DNA of 64,000 nucleotides from Candidatus Poribacteria bacterium (GCA_965215265.1 OZ244048.1:4480001-4544000); one strand, 5' to 3'; numbered from the stretch's first letter, positions 51,697-62,446 are shown. The notes: generated from the sequence alone by a model not told the origin. Made by a program: numbers and translations.

Positions 51697-52589
51697 CATG
51701 GTAACATGGTAACATGCTCCTCTCGGGGCTCTGTATCCGTCTTCTTTAGCGATATGATGTTCAGTGTCTGAACTTCATATCTTTTTAGGCATAGGCGAAA
51801 ATGTGTGCAAACCCCGTGCTGTCTTACTTATGGACGTATAATCTGTGCGAGTTCAAGTTGAATGAATCGGCGTATCACCGGATTCTATACGGGCGTGCGG
51901 CTATCTGGTGGAGTGGATAACCGTGTGCCGGCTGCAGAGGTAACCTTAACGATTGTGTTGTCGGGGCTGCTCTCCCGTTCGCTTTTTGGGAAGTCGTGGG
52001 CGCAGTTGGAGGGGGCATTATCAGTTCATGGATGGCGTTCCAGTGCATCTGATGTCTAAGTTCCTTCATCGCCATGAAGGAACAAATGCCACGGCACGCC
52101 ATTTTTAGACGTGTTGCGGTATGCTATTCAAGAACCTGCTGGCTGCGCGCCTGATTCAGGCACCCAATACCGCACATCCTCCACAGAAGTTGCCATCAAT
52201 CGCAAAGGATTGTAGTCGGACAATTTATCGCCCTTCCAACTTGATGAAAACTGACATGTCTAGTCGATATTTTTTTTTGTAAAATTCCAAAAAACAAAAA
52301 ACTTGACATATTTCGCAAATAGTGGTATTATAAAAAATAAAAAGCACTATAGGAAAAGAAGGCAAGTAACGCAAGCATGTCAAATAATATACCGATTCCA
52401 GAACCTGCTGCAAAAACAGTCTCCTTTTTTCGCCGAATTGGTAGATTTTAACAAGAACCAGATTGAGAAATTCGACCCCTAATCATCAAGCTCGGCATTA
52501 ACGCCTCTGAGTAGTGCCAAGAAACTTTAGTATACCTAAGGAGGGCAACGCAGCGTGGCGTTTTACGCTGCTTGCAAGGACATATAGCG

Positions 52590-53009
52590 ATGACTGACAA
52601 GCACAAGGTACTCTTGACGATACCTATGTACCCAGACATGGAACTCACCGCCGCAAAAACAGGCTCCGTAATTGCCGAATTGATGAGCTTTAACGAAGGA
52701 CAGATTGAAGAGATCCAGCTCGCCATCATCGAAACCTGCATTAACGCCTTTGAACATAGCCAAAGTCAAGATAATCAGGTTGTTATAGAGTTCATTATGA
52801 AGGATGACGAATTAGAATTCATCATCACAGACCAAGGGATCGGATTTGAATCCACTTACGAAAATGCCACTACGAAACAAAATGGTTATTCGGACTTGCG
52901 TAAGCGCGGCTGGGGGCTAGAAATCATTAGAACTCTCATGGACAAGGTCGATATTAAAAGCGATATAAACGGGACCACTGTTAGTATTGTTAAAAGGAAA
53001 ACAGTATAA
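52590..53009 (+). CDS. Anti-sigma factor Ser/Thr kinase (RsbW-like)
   Basis: ETCINAFEH, DQGIGF, RGWGL…LMD HATPase motifs. Confidence 0.88.
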   Translation: MTDKHKVLLTIPMYPDMELTAAKTGSVIAELMSFNEGQIEEIQLAIIETCINAFEHSQSQDNQVVIEFIMKDDELEFIITDQGIGFESTYENATTKQNGYSDLRKRGWGLEIIRTLMDKVDIKSDINGTTVSIVKRKTV

Positions 53010-53019
53010 CGACTGGAAC

Positions 53020-53379
53020 ATGGAGGAGCCACTTTTGGAAAACACATTAAATATACATATCCGCGAAGCATCGAATTATGCTGTCATTGAAACGGAGGGA
53101 TACCTCAATGACTCACTTGGTGAACAACTCTCATCAAAAGCACACACTCTCATTGAAAAAGGCTGTACGAAACTCGTCATTAATCTTGAGAAAACGTCAC
53201 TGATTAACAGCATCGGCATTTCAATTTTGATAGAAATTATAGAATCCCTTGATGAGCGAGAAGGTACCCTGAATTTTTGTGGACTTACGCCGACGCAAGA
53301 ACGGACGTTCCGCATGATGGCAATCGCGAAATACGCCGGTATTTTCCCCGATGAAGATACCGCCATCTCCAACCTATAA
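53020..53379 (+). CDS. STAS anti-anti-sigma factor (RsbV-like)
   Basis: INSIGI phospho-Ser motif, STAS-sized ORF. Confidence 0.85.
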   Translation: MEEPLLENTLNIHIREASNYAVIETEGYLNDSLGEQLSSKAHTLIEKGCTKLVINLEKTSLINSIGISILIEIIESLDEREGTLNFCGLTPTQERTFRMMAIAKYAGIFPDEDTAISNL

Positions 53380-53448
53380 TCTCGCGAAAATAGGTTAACC
53401 TGAGTACTTACAAGATAAAAAAAATAATCGGAAGGCACGTAAAACGCA

Positions 53449-53515
53449 GCCCAGTGGGTGGCAGGAAAAGGTAATCTTCTCTCATGGACAGAGAAAGAAT
53501 ACCGAACCTGCCGCT
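53449..53515. repeat. Hairpin repeat
   Basis: CCCAGTGGGTGGCAGGAAAAGGTAATCTTCTC…GAATACCGAACCTGCCGC. Confidence 0.9.
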
Positions 53516-53554
53516 CAGACAAAAAATTTAGCACTACACAAACAGAGGCACAAG

Positions 53555-55600
53555 ATGAAGATAAACTCAACAGAAGAGACAATACACCGGCTCATATTTA
53601 GTTTATCCGAGCTAGAACAGTTGGGCCAGACGCTTATCTCTGGACACAGTAATTTTAATGTCTCAAGTAAAACCTATCTCCGTATTGCTCTCGGAACACT
53701 CCAAGTTCCACGCGGTGCTATATTGCTATACCATCCGTCGGATAATCAACTCATCCTTGCTGCTGCCCAGTGGGTGGCAGGAAAAGGTAATCTTCTCTGT
53801 CCTGAAGGACAGAGAAAGAATACCGAACCTGCCGCATCAGGTGCATTAAACGCAACCTCAGTTCCGCCTATTGGTATTGAACCGGACGAGGTGCACGCGT
53901 TGTTAAAATATCCTGTTATTGGACTCGGCGCGCCCCCTGAAGAACTTGCTGACTTCTTCGCGCGGCATACAGAACTTTGTCTCACCCTCGGTGCTCAACA
54001 TTGGGTACCGCTAAAAATACACGAGGAATTCCTCGGTATTCTTAGCTTAGGAAAGTTTCTCCAGCCAGAAGTGACTATAGGACTTAGACAGAACACTTCA
54101 ATGCACGAAGGCATTCACTCAGAACATATAACCGATGCAACTCTATTAGGAACATACGAAAAACTCATTACGATTCTTGCGCATCAAATCTCCATCGCTA
54201 TTGCCTATTCTCATATGGTAGAAGGCATCCAAGGCGAAAAATTCCGACTGTTCATGCTTGCAGAAAGTGCACCCCAGATCTGCCAACTCTTACAACCGGA
54301 AGAGGCCGCTGAACAGGTAGTACATCAAGCTGTCGCCTTATTAGATGCAAACGCCGGCGGACTCTTGCTCCTGGACGCAGATAAACGGAATCTCTCTTGG
54401 AAGTATACGTTTCCAGATAACAGTTCCGCTCACTCTGAGGCAGAAATACCGATAATCGGAGAACGAATGGAAGCCACCTCCAAAGCGAATCAAAGCACAG
54501 TATCTTCTGCCGAAATGCTCGCCCGGGTTGTCAAAGAAGGTAAAACGTTGCATTGGCAAACTGACATAGATGGATGCCTCGGAACTAAGAATTTGATGGC
54601 TGTCCCGATACTCGGACGCGATGAAGACGGTCTTGGCGTGCTAGTCGTCGGAGATAAGGAAGAACGCGGTGGCAGGGTCACGGCTTTCAACGATGAAGAC
54701 GCAATCCTACTGGATTCCTTCGCAAAGCAGGGAGGCGTTGCCATAGAAAATGCGCGCCTTCACCAAGAAGCACTTGAAGCCCGTCAATTGCAGGCAGAAA
54801 TGGAGGAAGCTCAAAAAATACAAGAAAACCTCATCCCGGATACACTTCCCGAAATACCCGGATACGAAGTTGCAGGGCATTATGAACCGCGTGGGCCTGT
54901 AGGTGGAGACTACTTCGATTGTCTCAAACTTCCTGCTGGTGGATGGGGGCTTGCCATCGCGGATGTCTCAGGAAAAGGCATGCAAGCAGCGTTGCTTATG
55001 GCAACGCTGCGGGCCGGACTCCTCTCTGAATTGTTCAGAGACACTCCGCTGACAACACAAGAAAAAACGACACAACATCACCGGATACATACAAGAATCC
55101 CCACATACGAAATAATTGAAATGGCATATACACTCAATGCCTTACTTTATGCTAGCGGCACCCCGGAAAAGTACGCAACCTTCTTCTATAGCTACCTTAA
55201 CCCAGAAACAGATGTTCTAACCACACTCAATGCCGGACACAATCCGCCCCTCATAGTCAGAGGCGACGGAACCTGCGCATGGCTCAGCGAGGACGAAGGC
55301 GGCGTTCCACTCGGTATGTTCCCCAACGATATGGTGACAGAGATTGCTGAGTATGAAGCTGGACAAGTCCAGCTGGAAAAAGGCGATACCGTCATTTTTT
55401 ATACCGACGGCGTCACCGAAACCGTCAACATTGAAGATGAATTCTACGACGAAAAACGTCTACAACAGGTTGTCAAAGACTGTAATCCTGCAACAGCCAC
55501 CGATATATGCCAGAGGATTTACGAAGCCGTTACCGCGTTTCAGGGTGAAGCAGACCAGTTTGATGATTTGACACTACTTGTTTTAAGGAAAAAACCGTGA
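53555..55600 (+). CDS. GAF-domain PP2C/SpoIIE phosphatase (RsbU-like)
   Basis: VGGDYFD, ADVSGKG, NAGHNPP, YTDGVTE and DDLT motifs; two GAF-like regions. Confidence 0.92.
   Translation: MKINSTEETIHRLIFSLSELEQLGQTLISGHSNFNVSSKTYLRIALGTLQVPRGAILLYHPSDNQLILAAAQWVAGKGNLLCPEGQRKNTEPAASGALNATSVPPIGIEPDEVHALLKYPVIGLGAPPEELADFFARHTELCLTLGAQHWVPLKIHEEFLGILSLGKFLQPEVTIGLRQNTSMHEGIHSEHITDATLLGTYEKLITILAHQISIAIAYSHMVEGIQGEKFRLFMLAESAPQICQLLQPEEAAEQVVHQAVALLDANAGGLLLLDADKRNLSWKYTFPDNSSAHSEAEIPIIGERMEATSKANQSTVSSAEMLARVVKEGKTLHWQTDIDGCLGTKNLMAVPILGRDEDGLGVLVVGDKEERGGRVTAFNDEDAILLDSFAKQGGVAIENARLHQEALEARQLQAEMEEAQKIQENLIPDTLPEIPGYEVAGHYEPRGPVGGDYFDCLKLPAGGWGLAIADVSGKGMQAALLMATLRAGLLSELFRDTPLTTQEKTTQHHRIHTRIPTYEIIEMAYTLNALLYASGTPEKYATFFYSYLNPETDVLTTLNAGHNPPLIVRGDGTCAWLSEDEGGVPLGMFPNDMVTEIAEYEAGQVQLEKGDTVIFYTDGVTETVNIEDEFYDEKRLQQVVKDCNPATATDICQRIYEAVTAFQGEADQFDDLTLLVLRKKP
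53768..53833 (+). repeat. 66-bp hairpin repeat inserted in frame in the phosphatase
   Basis: Near-identical to 53449-53515; encodes QWVAGKGNLLCPEGQRKNTEPA. Confidence 0.9.
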
Positions 55601-56547
55601 GAGATAAACCCAGATTCTTAAATCCAGCAATCCTAGCCAGAATCGGAAATCTTGAATTCATTGCAAAATTGGTAGTAGAAGGCTTTATCTCAGGCCTTCA
55701 TAAAAGCCCCTATCACGGATTTAGCGTTGAATTCTCACAATACCGGCAATACATGCCCGGCGACGATACCAAACATATTGATTGGAAAGCTTACGGCCGG
55801 ACGGATAGATACTACATTAAACAGTTTGAAGAAGAAACCAATCTCAACTGCTACCTACTCTTAGATACGAGCCGCTCCATGATGTACCCAATACCCGAAG
55901 ACAAGACTACCGAAAACGATACATCAACACAAGCGAACGATGCTATACGAAAAATAACAAAGTTACAATATGCCAACTTTCTGATAGCCTCCTTGGCGTA
56001 CTTCATGGCAAAACAACGAGATGCCATCGGGTTCGCTTATTTCGATGACATACTTCACGAGTATCTGCCCGCACGAAGCACTGCAACACACTTGCACGCC
56101 ATCTTATTAAAACTGGAGACACTCGAAACCACAAAAAGCACCCGCCTAGGTACACCGCTCCATCAGGTTGCCGAACGACTCACAAAACGCGGATTAGTCA
56201 TCTTTATCTCCGACCTCTACGATGAAAACCGAGACGAACTCCTCGCAGGACTAGAACACCTTCGCTATGATGGGCATGAAGTTATCGTTTTCCATATCCT
56301 TGCACAGGAAGAACTGAACTTTGATTATAAACGGCCCATCAGATTTGTTGACTCAGAAACCGATGCGGAAATAATCACAACCCCGCAAGCCATTCAAGCG
56401 AATTATCTGCAACATTTCAATGCATTTATTGAAACCTACGGAGTTGCCATGCGCCAAGCCGATATAGATTATAATCTGATAAACACCTCAACGCCAATCG
56501 ATTTCGCGCTCTCATCCTACTTAGCCAAACGGCAAGGTTTTTTATAA
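55597..56547 (+). CDS. DUF58 protein (MoxR/vWA-associated)
   Basis: GLHKSP-GFSVEF, YMPGDD, IDWK and LLDTSRSM motifs. Confidence 0.9.
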   Translation: MRDKPRFLNPAILARIGNLEFIAKLVVEGFISGLHKSPYHGFSVEFSQYRQYMPGDDTKHIDWKAYGRTDRYYIKQFEEETNLNCYLLLDTSRSMMYPIPEDKTTENDTSTQANDAIRKITKLQYANFLIASLAYFMAKQRDAIGFAYFDDILHEYLPARSTATHLHAILLKLETLETTKSTRLGTPLHQVAERLTKRGLVIFISDLYDENRDELLAGLEHLRYDGHEVIVFHILAQEELNFDYKRPIRFVDSETDAEIITTPQAIQANYLQHFNAFIETYGVAMRQADIDYNLINTSTPIDFALSSYLAKRQGFL

Positions 56548-56548
56548 T

Positions 56549-56778
56549 CTTTCGTCTACTGCAGCACGTCACCGATGGATTTTATGAACACCCACGCACA
56601 AATCTCGTGGCAGATTAGGTATTCTTTGTTTGTCCATGAGACAAGACAACCTTATACCTGCCATCTATAGATCGGAGTTTTCCGATGTTATGAATCAAAA
56701 CAGAGAGCGGCTCAGACGAGTTTTGTAAATGTTTTATCAAAACATCGATGGTAACGTGCTAAAATATACAAAAAAAGG
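56549..56778. repeat. Modular palindromic repeat cluster
   Basis: TTTCGTCTACTGCAGCAC…GTGCTAAAATATACAAAA. Confidence 0.85.
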
Positions 56779-56781
56779 AAA

Positions 56782-58917
56782 ATGATGCCAGCTTTTTTAT
56801 TTCCACTCTTCGCAATCGCCGGTCTCATCGGGGCATCGATACCTGTCATCATACACTTGCTGAATCGTGAACGGGCACAACAGCTTATCTTCAGCACGCT
56901 GCGTTTCATCCAGATGTCGCATCAGACTAACGTGCAGCGGCACCAACTCAAACGTATGCTCTTGCTGCTGCTGCGTATCCTGATATTGGTTCTACTAGGG
57001 CTCGCTTTCGCACGCCCGTTCTTCGCCGCAGTGCCTGATAACGCACAGCAAACTGGCGGGAAACGAAATGTCGTTATCATTTTGGATACCTCCTATAGCA
57101 TGCAGTACCAGAACAACTTCGCTACAGCCAAAAAGGAAGCACTAGAAATTCTGGACAATCTTGATGCTACAGATGCCGCTGGACTCATCCTTGCCTCAAA
57201 TAGAGCCAGAATCGTCACACCGCTCGGCTCAGAATTTACACACATCCGAACCGCTATAAACAGTGCAACAGTGACAAATGAGACAACCGATTATCTAGAT
57301 GCGATTCAAACTGCCGATGAGATACTCCAACCTATCCTAATTGGCCAGAAATCCATCTATCTCGTGGCAGATATGCAAAAAAATGGGTGGAATAACTTCA
57401 TAGAAACCGATAAACTCAGCCCTGATGTTAACATAGTGTTGGTCAATGTTCGTACCGAACAACCGCATAACGTGACTATCACGGCTATCAACGTACCGCC
57501 TATTATCTTAAACGAACAAAAGCATACCCAACTTGTAGCGCGACTTTTTAATTTCGGAAACCAACCCGTTGAAGAGATGCCGGTACACCTCATAATTGAT
57601 GGAAAATTGATTAGCACGACAAAATTAGATATTGAACCCAACGATATCAAAGATGCAGTCTTCAAGATTGATTCATTATTCAATAGCGAAAACGCGGCGA
57701 TACATAGGGGATGGGTTGAAATTCCTAGCGACGCGTTGGTAATTGACAATAGACGTTATTTCATGTTGAAGAGTCTCACCTCTATTAAAGTTCTCTGTAT
57801 CAACGGAGAATACCAAACGCCGGTCGACCTAAGTGAAACATTCTTTCTAAAGAGGGCAATTGGGGCAGGAAGTGAAGCCGTCCCAATAGAGTTGACTGAA
57901 CTGCGAAGGCTGCCGGATGCAGCCACACTCTCGCAGTACGACGTTCTTCTTCTCGCCAACGTTTCTCAGCTCACTTCAACGGAAGCAAACGCATTGAAGG
58001 CTTACGTGAGCAGCGGCGGCGGGTTGATGTGTACAGTAGGCGATAAGGTTCAAGGCGATACTTACCAGCAGCAACTGAGTTCACTCATGCCGTGCACCTT
58101 TGTCCAATCCGTCGGAGATGCGTTTGAACGAGAAGAGTTCCGGCTCATCGCTACAGTCAACTATGAACACCCGATTTTCGCGCCGTTCAAAGAACCGAAC
58201 CACGGTGATTTCGGCAAAGCGCGGGTTTATAAGTACTTAGAAGCTGTACCTACCGGCGGTGACGCTGTCGTCATCGCTACCTATGACGATGGCAATCCTG
58301 CACTCTTTGAAAGAACCTACGGGACGGGACGTGTTCTCTGCTTTACCTCCACACTTGACAGGGAATGGACAGACTTACCAATTCGTGCTGTCTATCTCCC
58401 CTTCCTGCATGAATCTATAAAATATCTTGCTCTTAAACAGGTAGACGAAGCACCCGATTACCTTATCGGTGACAGTGTTGAACTCAGCGGTTTTGAAGGT
58501 TCAACTGCAAAGGAACTGGCTGTTTTCAATCCACACAACGAAGAGACACGCCTAAGCTTGATAACGGATACCAATGAAGGAGAGCTGTCTACTCCCGGGC
58601 GGAGCGTCACATACCAAAAAACCGAACTGCCCGGCATCTATTCCGTCCACGCCTCGGGGGCAACCTCACGCTACTTTGTTGTCAACCTGGATGCTACTGA
58701 ATCCAATCTCGACGCGCGTGATGTTGAAGAATTAGAGAGTATGTTAATGGGCGCGGCCGAGGCTAACAGCACTCAGGAAATAACCGGGCTCAACGCGAAA
58801 CAACTCATTGCAAAGTACCATGAGGATGTTGAAAAGAATCAGAACGTATGGGTGTATTTCATGCTTGCTGTCTTTGTCCTCGCTATAACCGAGATGTTTT
58901 TTTCAAACCGGATTTAG
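56782..58917 (+). CDS. BatA-domain / vWA membrane protein
   Basis: IPVIIHLL…FSTLRF BatA motif, DTSYSM MIDAS, C-terminal TM. Confidence 0.88.
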   Translation: MMPAFLFPLFAIAGLIGASIPVIIHLLNRERAQQLIFSTLRFIQMSHQTNVQRHQLKRMLLLLLRILILVLLGLAFARPFFAAVPDNAQQTGGKRNVVIILDTSYSMQYQNNFATAKKEALEILDNLDATDAAGLILASNRARIVTPLGSEFTHIRTAINSATVTNETTDYLDAIQTADEILQPILIGQKSIYLVADMQKNGWNNFIETDKLSPDVNIVLVNVRTEQPHNVTITAINVPPIILNEQKHTQLVARLFNFGNQPVEEMPVHLIIDGKLISTTKLDIEPNDIKDAVFKIDSLFNSENAAIHRGWVEIPSDALVIDNRRYFMLKSLTSIKVLCINGEYQTPVDLSETFFLKRAIGAGSEAVPIELTELRRLPDAATLSQYDVLLLANVSQLTSTEANALKAYVSSGGGLMCTVGDKVQGDTYQQQLSSLMPCTFVQSVGDAFEREEFRLIATVNYEHPIFAPFKEPNHGDFGKARVYKYLEAVPTGGDAVVIATYDDGNPALFERTYGTGRVLCFTSTLDREWTDLPIRAVYLPFLHESIKYLALKQVDEAPDYLIGDSVELSGFEGSTAKELAVFNPHNEETRLSLITDTNEGELSTPGRSVTYQKTELPGIYSVHASGATSRYFVVNLDATESNLDARDVEELESMLMGAAEANSTQEITGLNAKQLIAKYHEDVEKNQNVWVYFMLAVFVLAITEMFFSNRI

Positions 58918-58921
58918 TAGA

Positions 58922-59010
58922 TTTCGTCTACTGCAGCACGTTTTGTAAATGTTTTATCAAAACATCGATGGTAATGTGCTAAAATATACAAAAAAACGGA
59001 GATATACGAA
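58922..59010. repeat. Short repeat cluster
   Basis: TTTCGTCTACTGCAGCACG…GTGCTAAAATATACAAAAAAACGGAGATATACG. Confidence 0.8.
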
Positions 59011-59077
59011 ATTGGTTCCCATATTAGATAGAACGAGCGCGAAAGCGCCACCAACATTAGTGCAAGGGCGACCTTAC

Positions 59078-59983
59078 TTGAGTCATACACAACAAGTCCC
59101 TAAAATTGCATCTGATAAGCAAGTACAGTTCTTTGTTAAGAACGGGTATCTCGTTGTTCCAGGTCTGCTCTCCGATGAAGAAATTGCGGAATTAAGGCAA
59201 GATACAACTACACTCGCCAGGGGTGGGCATCCCTGCGACACCCTCAAACCGGTGCCAGATGAAATAAGTGACGAAGAAGCAATTAGCCGCATTCTCTGTA
59301 TACATCAACCACACTTCGTCAGTCCTATCATTGAGAAATACATCAAACACCCCAAAATCTGTGGTATTTTAAGCCAGATAACCGCTGCGCACCTCCCACA
59401 CTGGGATGGCAGTGTCAAGTGTATGCAGTCAATGCTTTTCGTCAAACCACCCGAATTTCAAGGGCAAGCATGGCATCAGGATGAAATCTATATACCGACG
59501 CGCGACCGTTCGCTAATCGGCGCGTGGATTGCCATGGATAACGCGACCGTTGAAAACGGCTGCTTGTGGGTCCTCCCCGGTTCCCACCGGCCCGGGTACC
59601 TCTACCCACAAAAACCGCACGAAAATCCAGACGAATTCGATTTTGCAGAAGAGAGCTTCGGATTCGATGAAAAGGATGAAGTACCTGTAGAGGTGACAAC
59701 CGGAACACTTGTTTTTTTCAATGGATACTTGCTCCATCGCTCTCGTAAGAATCGTGGGCACACCTATCGACGGGTTCTGGTAAACCATTACTGTAACGCC
59801 TGGTCGTTATTACCCTGGTCGATACGCGAGGATGAACGGCCCGCCAGCGCAGACAGGCGATGCATCATTCCAGTTTCTGGTGTCGACCCCTATGCTTGGA
59901 AGGGATACGATGCAGCACCCAAAAACGTCTCATTGCGAACCTGCAAAACCGTTCAGCAACTGGAGGCATCAAATGACAGTTGA
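59078..59983 (+). CDS. PhyH family Fe/2OG oxygenase
   Basis: WHQDE, NGCLWVLPGSH, LHRS; start uncertain because the upstream ORF part is repeat-derived. Confidence 0.88.
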   Translation: MSHTQQVPKIASDKQVQFFVKNGYLVVPGLLSDEEIAELRQDTTTLARGGHPCDTLKPVPDEISDEEAISRILCIHQPHFVSPIIEKYIKHPKICGILSQITAAHLPHWDGSVKCMQSMLFVKPPEFQGQAWHQDEIYIPTRDRSLIGAWIAMDNATVENGCLWVLPGSHRPGYLYPQKPHENPDEFDFAEESFGFDEKDEVPVEVTTGTLVFFNGYLLHRSRKNRGHTYRRVLVNHYCNAWSLLPWSIREDERPASADRRCIIPVSGVDPYAWKGYDAAPKNVSLRTCKTVQQLEASNDS

Positions 59984-60176
59984 ACACCGAGAGGAATTGA
60001 AACAAACGTTGGCACTGATGTTTGAACGGATTCAATCCGGCGCGGATATCACAGAACAGCTCCTCCGCATCAACACACTGCATTGCCTCATCTCACCAAC
60101 AGCTCCTCGCATGCTCGACCACTATCTTGAGCGCAAGAGCTATACAAAAGCGTTAGAACTCTTGATGCAGATGTAA
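59973..60176 (+). CDS. Small hypothetical protein
   Basis: GGAGG RBS + ATG overlapping the PhyH stop; LDHYLERKSYTKAL. Confidence 0.65.
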   Translation: MTVEHREELKQTLALMFERIQSGADITEQLLRINTLHCLISPTAPRMLDHYLERKSYTKALELLMQM

Positions 60177-60346
60177 TTTTGTCTACTGCAGCACGTTAAC
60201 GATGATGTAATGTTTACCCTTGTACAAAATTCGTCGGAGCCGTTATATATTTTGACTCAAAAGACTATACCTAAGAAGCCTCCGACGAGATTTACATCAG
60301 ATGTAACACAACATAACCGTTGATGGTACGGAGATATACGAAAAAC
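60177..60346. repeat. Full-length palindromic element
   Basis: TTTTGTCTAC…TTCGTCGGAG…CTCCGACGAG…GATATACGAAAA. Confidence 0.85.
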
Positions 60347-60352
60347 GAAAGA

Positions 60353-61111
60353 ATGAAAAGAATTGATGGACGCCAGCCAGATGAGTTGCGCCCGGTTAAA
60401 ATCAAGCGCAACTATATTAAGCACGCCGAAGGATCTGTTTTTATCGCAATTGGAGATACCCAAATAATATGCACCGCTTCTGTTGAAGACCAGCAGCCCA
60501 GTTTCATGCGTCAACAACGTATCCGCAAAAGAGGTTGGGTAACCGCAGAATACTCCATGCTGCCACGCTCCACCGCAGAACGGATGCAACGCGAGATATC
60601 TCGTGGACACCTCGCAGGCAGAACCCAGGAAATTCAACGGCTCATCGGACGTGCATTGCGCACCGCCGTCGATCTTTACGCTTTAGAAGAAAAAACAATT
60701 TGGATCGACTGTGATGTCATTCAGGCGGACGGTGGTACGCGCACTGCTGCTATTACAGGGGCCTTCATCGCACTTTGGGATGCCGGACAATACCTGCTTC
60801 AACGTCAGAAAATCAAAAACTTCCCCATCCGGGAGAATATAGCCGCAACGAGCGTCGGAATTATCAAAGGGCAATCCCTATTAGATCTCTGTTACGCCGA
60901 AGACTCTACTGCCGATGTCGATATGAATGTTGTTATGACAGGGACAGGCAAATTTATAGAGATACAAGGGACTGCTGAAGTGCAGCCTTTTTCGCGTGAA
61001 GAATCCGACAAACTTTTGGAACTCGCTACCGGGGGCATCCAGCAACTTATCCGATTGCAAAACAAAATGATGCTCGAAAACTTGGAGACGCTTGTATGGC
61101 CAGAGAAGTAA
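60353..61111 (+). CDS. rph: Ribonuclease PH
   Basis: [31 protein letters not shown] and EIQGTAE motifs. Confidence 0.97.
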   Translation: MKRIDGRQPDELRPVKIKRNYIKHAEGSVFIAIGDTQIICTASVEDQQPSFMRQQRIRKRGWVTAEYSMLPRSTAERMQREISRGHLAGRTQEIQRLIGRALRTAVDLYALEEKTIWIDCDVIQADGGTRTAAITGAFIALWDAGQYLLQRQKIKNFPIRENIAATSVGIIKGQSLLDLCYAEDSTADVDMNVVMTGTGKFIEIQGTAEVQPFSREESDKLLELATGGIQQLIRLQNKMMLENLETLVWPEK

Positions 61112-61483
61112 TTCGTCTACTGCAGCACATCGCAAGTTGCTGTAATGTTATACCCCTTACAAATCTCGTTCTTTGTATACTGCAGCACAGCAACACCGGA
61201 CGGGGTGATAACGCTTGCACAAATCTCGTTCTTTCGTCTACAGGAGCACAACACAACAGATGTAATGAACACCCACGCACAAATCTCGTCTGAGCCATTT
61301 TAGGTTTAGATTCAAACAAAAACATCAAGAGGCTCCGACGAGATTTACACAGTCATTGACAATACATCAGGCGTTATCGGGCTGAAATATACAAAAAATT
61401 GTGTTCATAAAATCCATCGGTGACGTGCTGCAGTAGACGAAAACGTGCTAAAGGATACAAAACGTGCTAAAAGATACGAAAAG
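61112..61483. repeat. Repeat cluster with three tandem ~60-bp arms
   Basis: TT(C/T)GT(C/A)TAC(T/A)G(C/G)AGCAC-N31/32-AAATCTCGT three times, then inverted arms. Confidence 0.85.
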
Positions 61484-62096
61484 ACTTGTATTGGCGACAC
61501 GGAACCACGGGAAAGTTAGAGAATTGATAGCTCTTGTCAAAAACGCTCTATATGAGGAAACAGCCTCGGCGCACTGTTCAATTCAAATTCTAACGCTGCA
61601 GGACTTCCTTGATGCCCCGGATGTTATAGAGGATGGCGAGACCTACGTGGAAAACGCAATCAAGAAAGCGAAAGTCATCGCTGACTATACCGGACACCTT
61701 ACTCTTGCCGATGATGCAGGGTTAGAGGTAGACGCACTCAACGGTGCCCCAGGTGTCAGATCCAAACGCTGGGCATCCGAAGAGACACGACTGACAAAAC
61801 TACTAAAAGCGTTAGAATCGAAGACTCAGAGGAGTGCCCGATTTGTCACGGCTATTGCACTCGTTGCCCCGAATTCAGAACCAGAAGTGGTAATTGGCGT
61901 TTGTGAAGGCAGTATTGCACATGCACCGGCCGGCAAGGGCGGTTTTGGATACGATCCGGTATTTGTCCCTGAAGGACATGACAAGACTTTTGCTGAATTG
62001 GGAGATGACATCAAAAATCAGATCAGCCATAGGGCTAAAGCACTGCAGCTTGCACTCCCATTATTGTTAAAAAAAGTGGTTTTTAGTATACAGTAG
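61464..62096 (+). CDS. rdgB: Non-canonical purine NTP pyrophosphatase (HAM1)
   Basis: ATRNHGK, ENAIKKA, GFGYDPVF and ISHR motifs; follows rph. Confidence 0.93.
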   Translation: MLKDTKRLVLATRNHGKVRELIALVKNALYEETASAHCSIQILTLQDFLDAPDVIEDGETYVENAIKKAKVIADYTGHLTLADDAGLEVDALNGAPGVRSKRWASEETRLTKLLKALESKTQRSARFVTAIALVAPNSEPEVVIGVCEGSIAHAPAGKGGFGYDPVFVPEGHDKTFAELGDDIKNQISHRAKALQLALPLLLKKVVFSIQ

Positions 62097-62446
62097 CACA
62101 ACAAAGGCGTGTGTTGTGATAAATCCTTTACAAATCTCGTTCTTTCGTCTACAGGAGCCCAATGACGCTCTATGTTTTGTAAAAATCTGTGAAAATCTCG
62201 TCTGAGCCGTCTGGTGTTTTGACTTTAAAGACATTACCTAGAGCGTCTCCGACGAGTTTTATCTATAGATTGGCAGGTAAAAGGTAGCACTAGCGTGTCC
62301 TGAAGGACACGCATAGACTACCTATCCTCCCAACACAGTCATTGACAATGCATAATGCGTTATCGGGCTGAAATATACAAAAAAAACGAGATTTACATCA
62401 GAACCATCAAAACATAGACCGTAATGGTACGGAGATATACAAAAAA
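62080..62446. repeat. Modular palindromic repeat cluster
   Basis: Arms and hairpins, ending GGTACGGAGATATACAAAAAA directly at the efp ATG. Confidence 0.85.

Noticed and set aside
51691-51717. GGTAACAT three times at the LamG stop
   Set aside because: Short microsatellite with no evident function
61112-61292. CRISPR-like array (constant ~28-nt junction plus ~32-nt variable part)
   Set aside because: Only 2-3 units, degenerate repeats, 'spacers' reused elsewhere (40250 vs 61250) and sharing a core, no cas genes in the window
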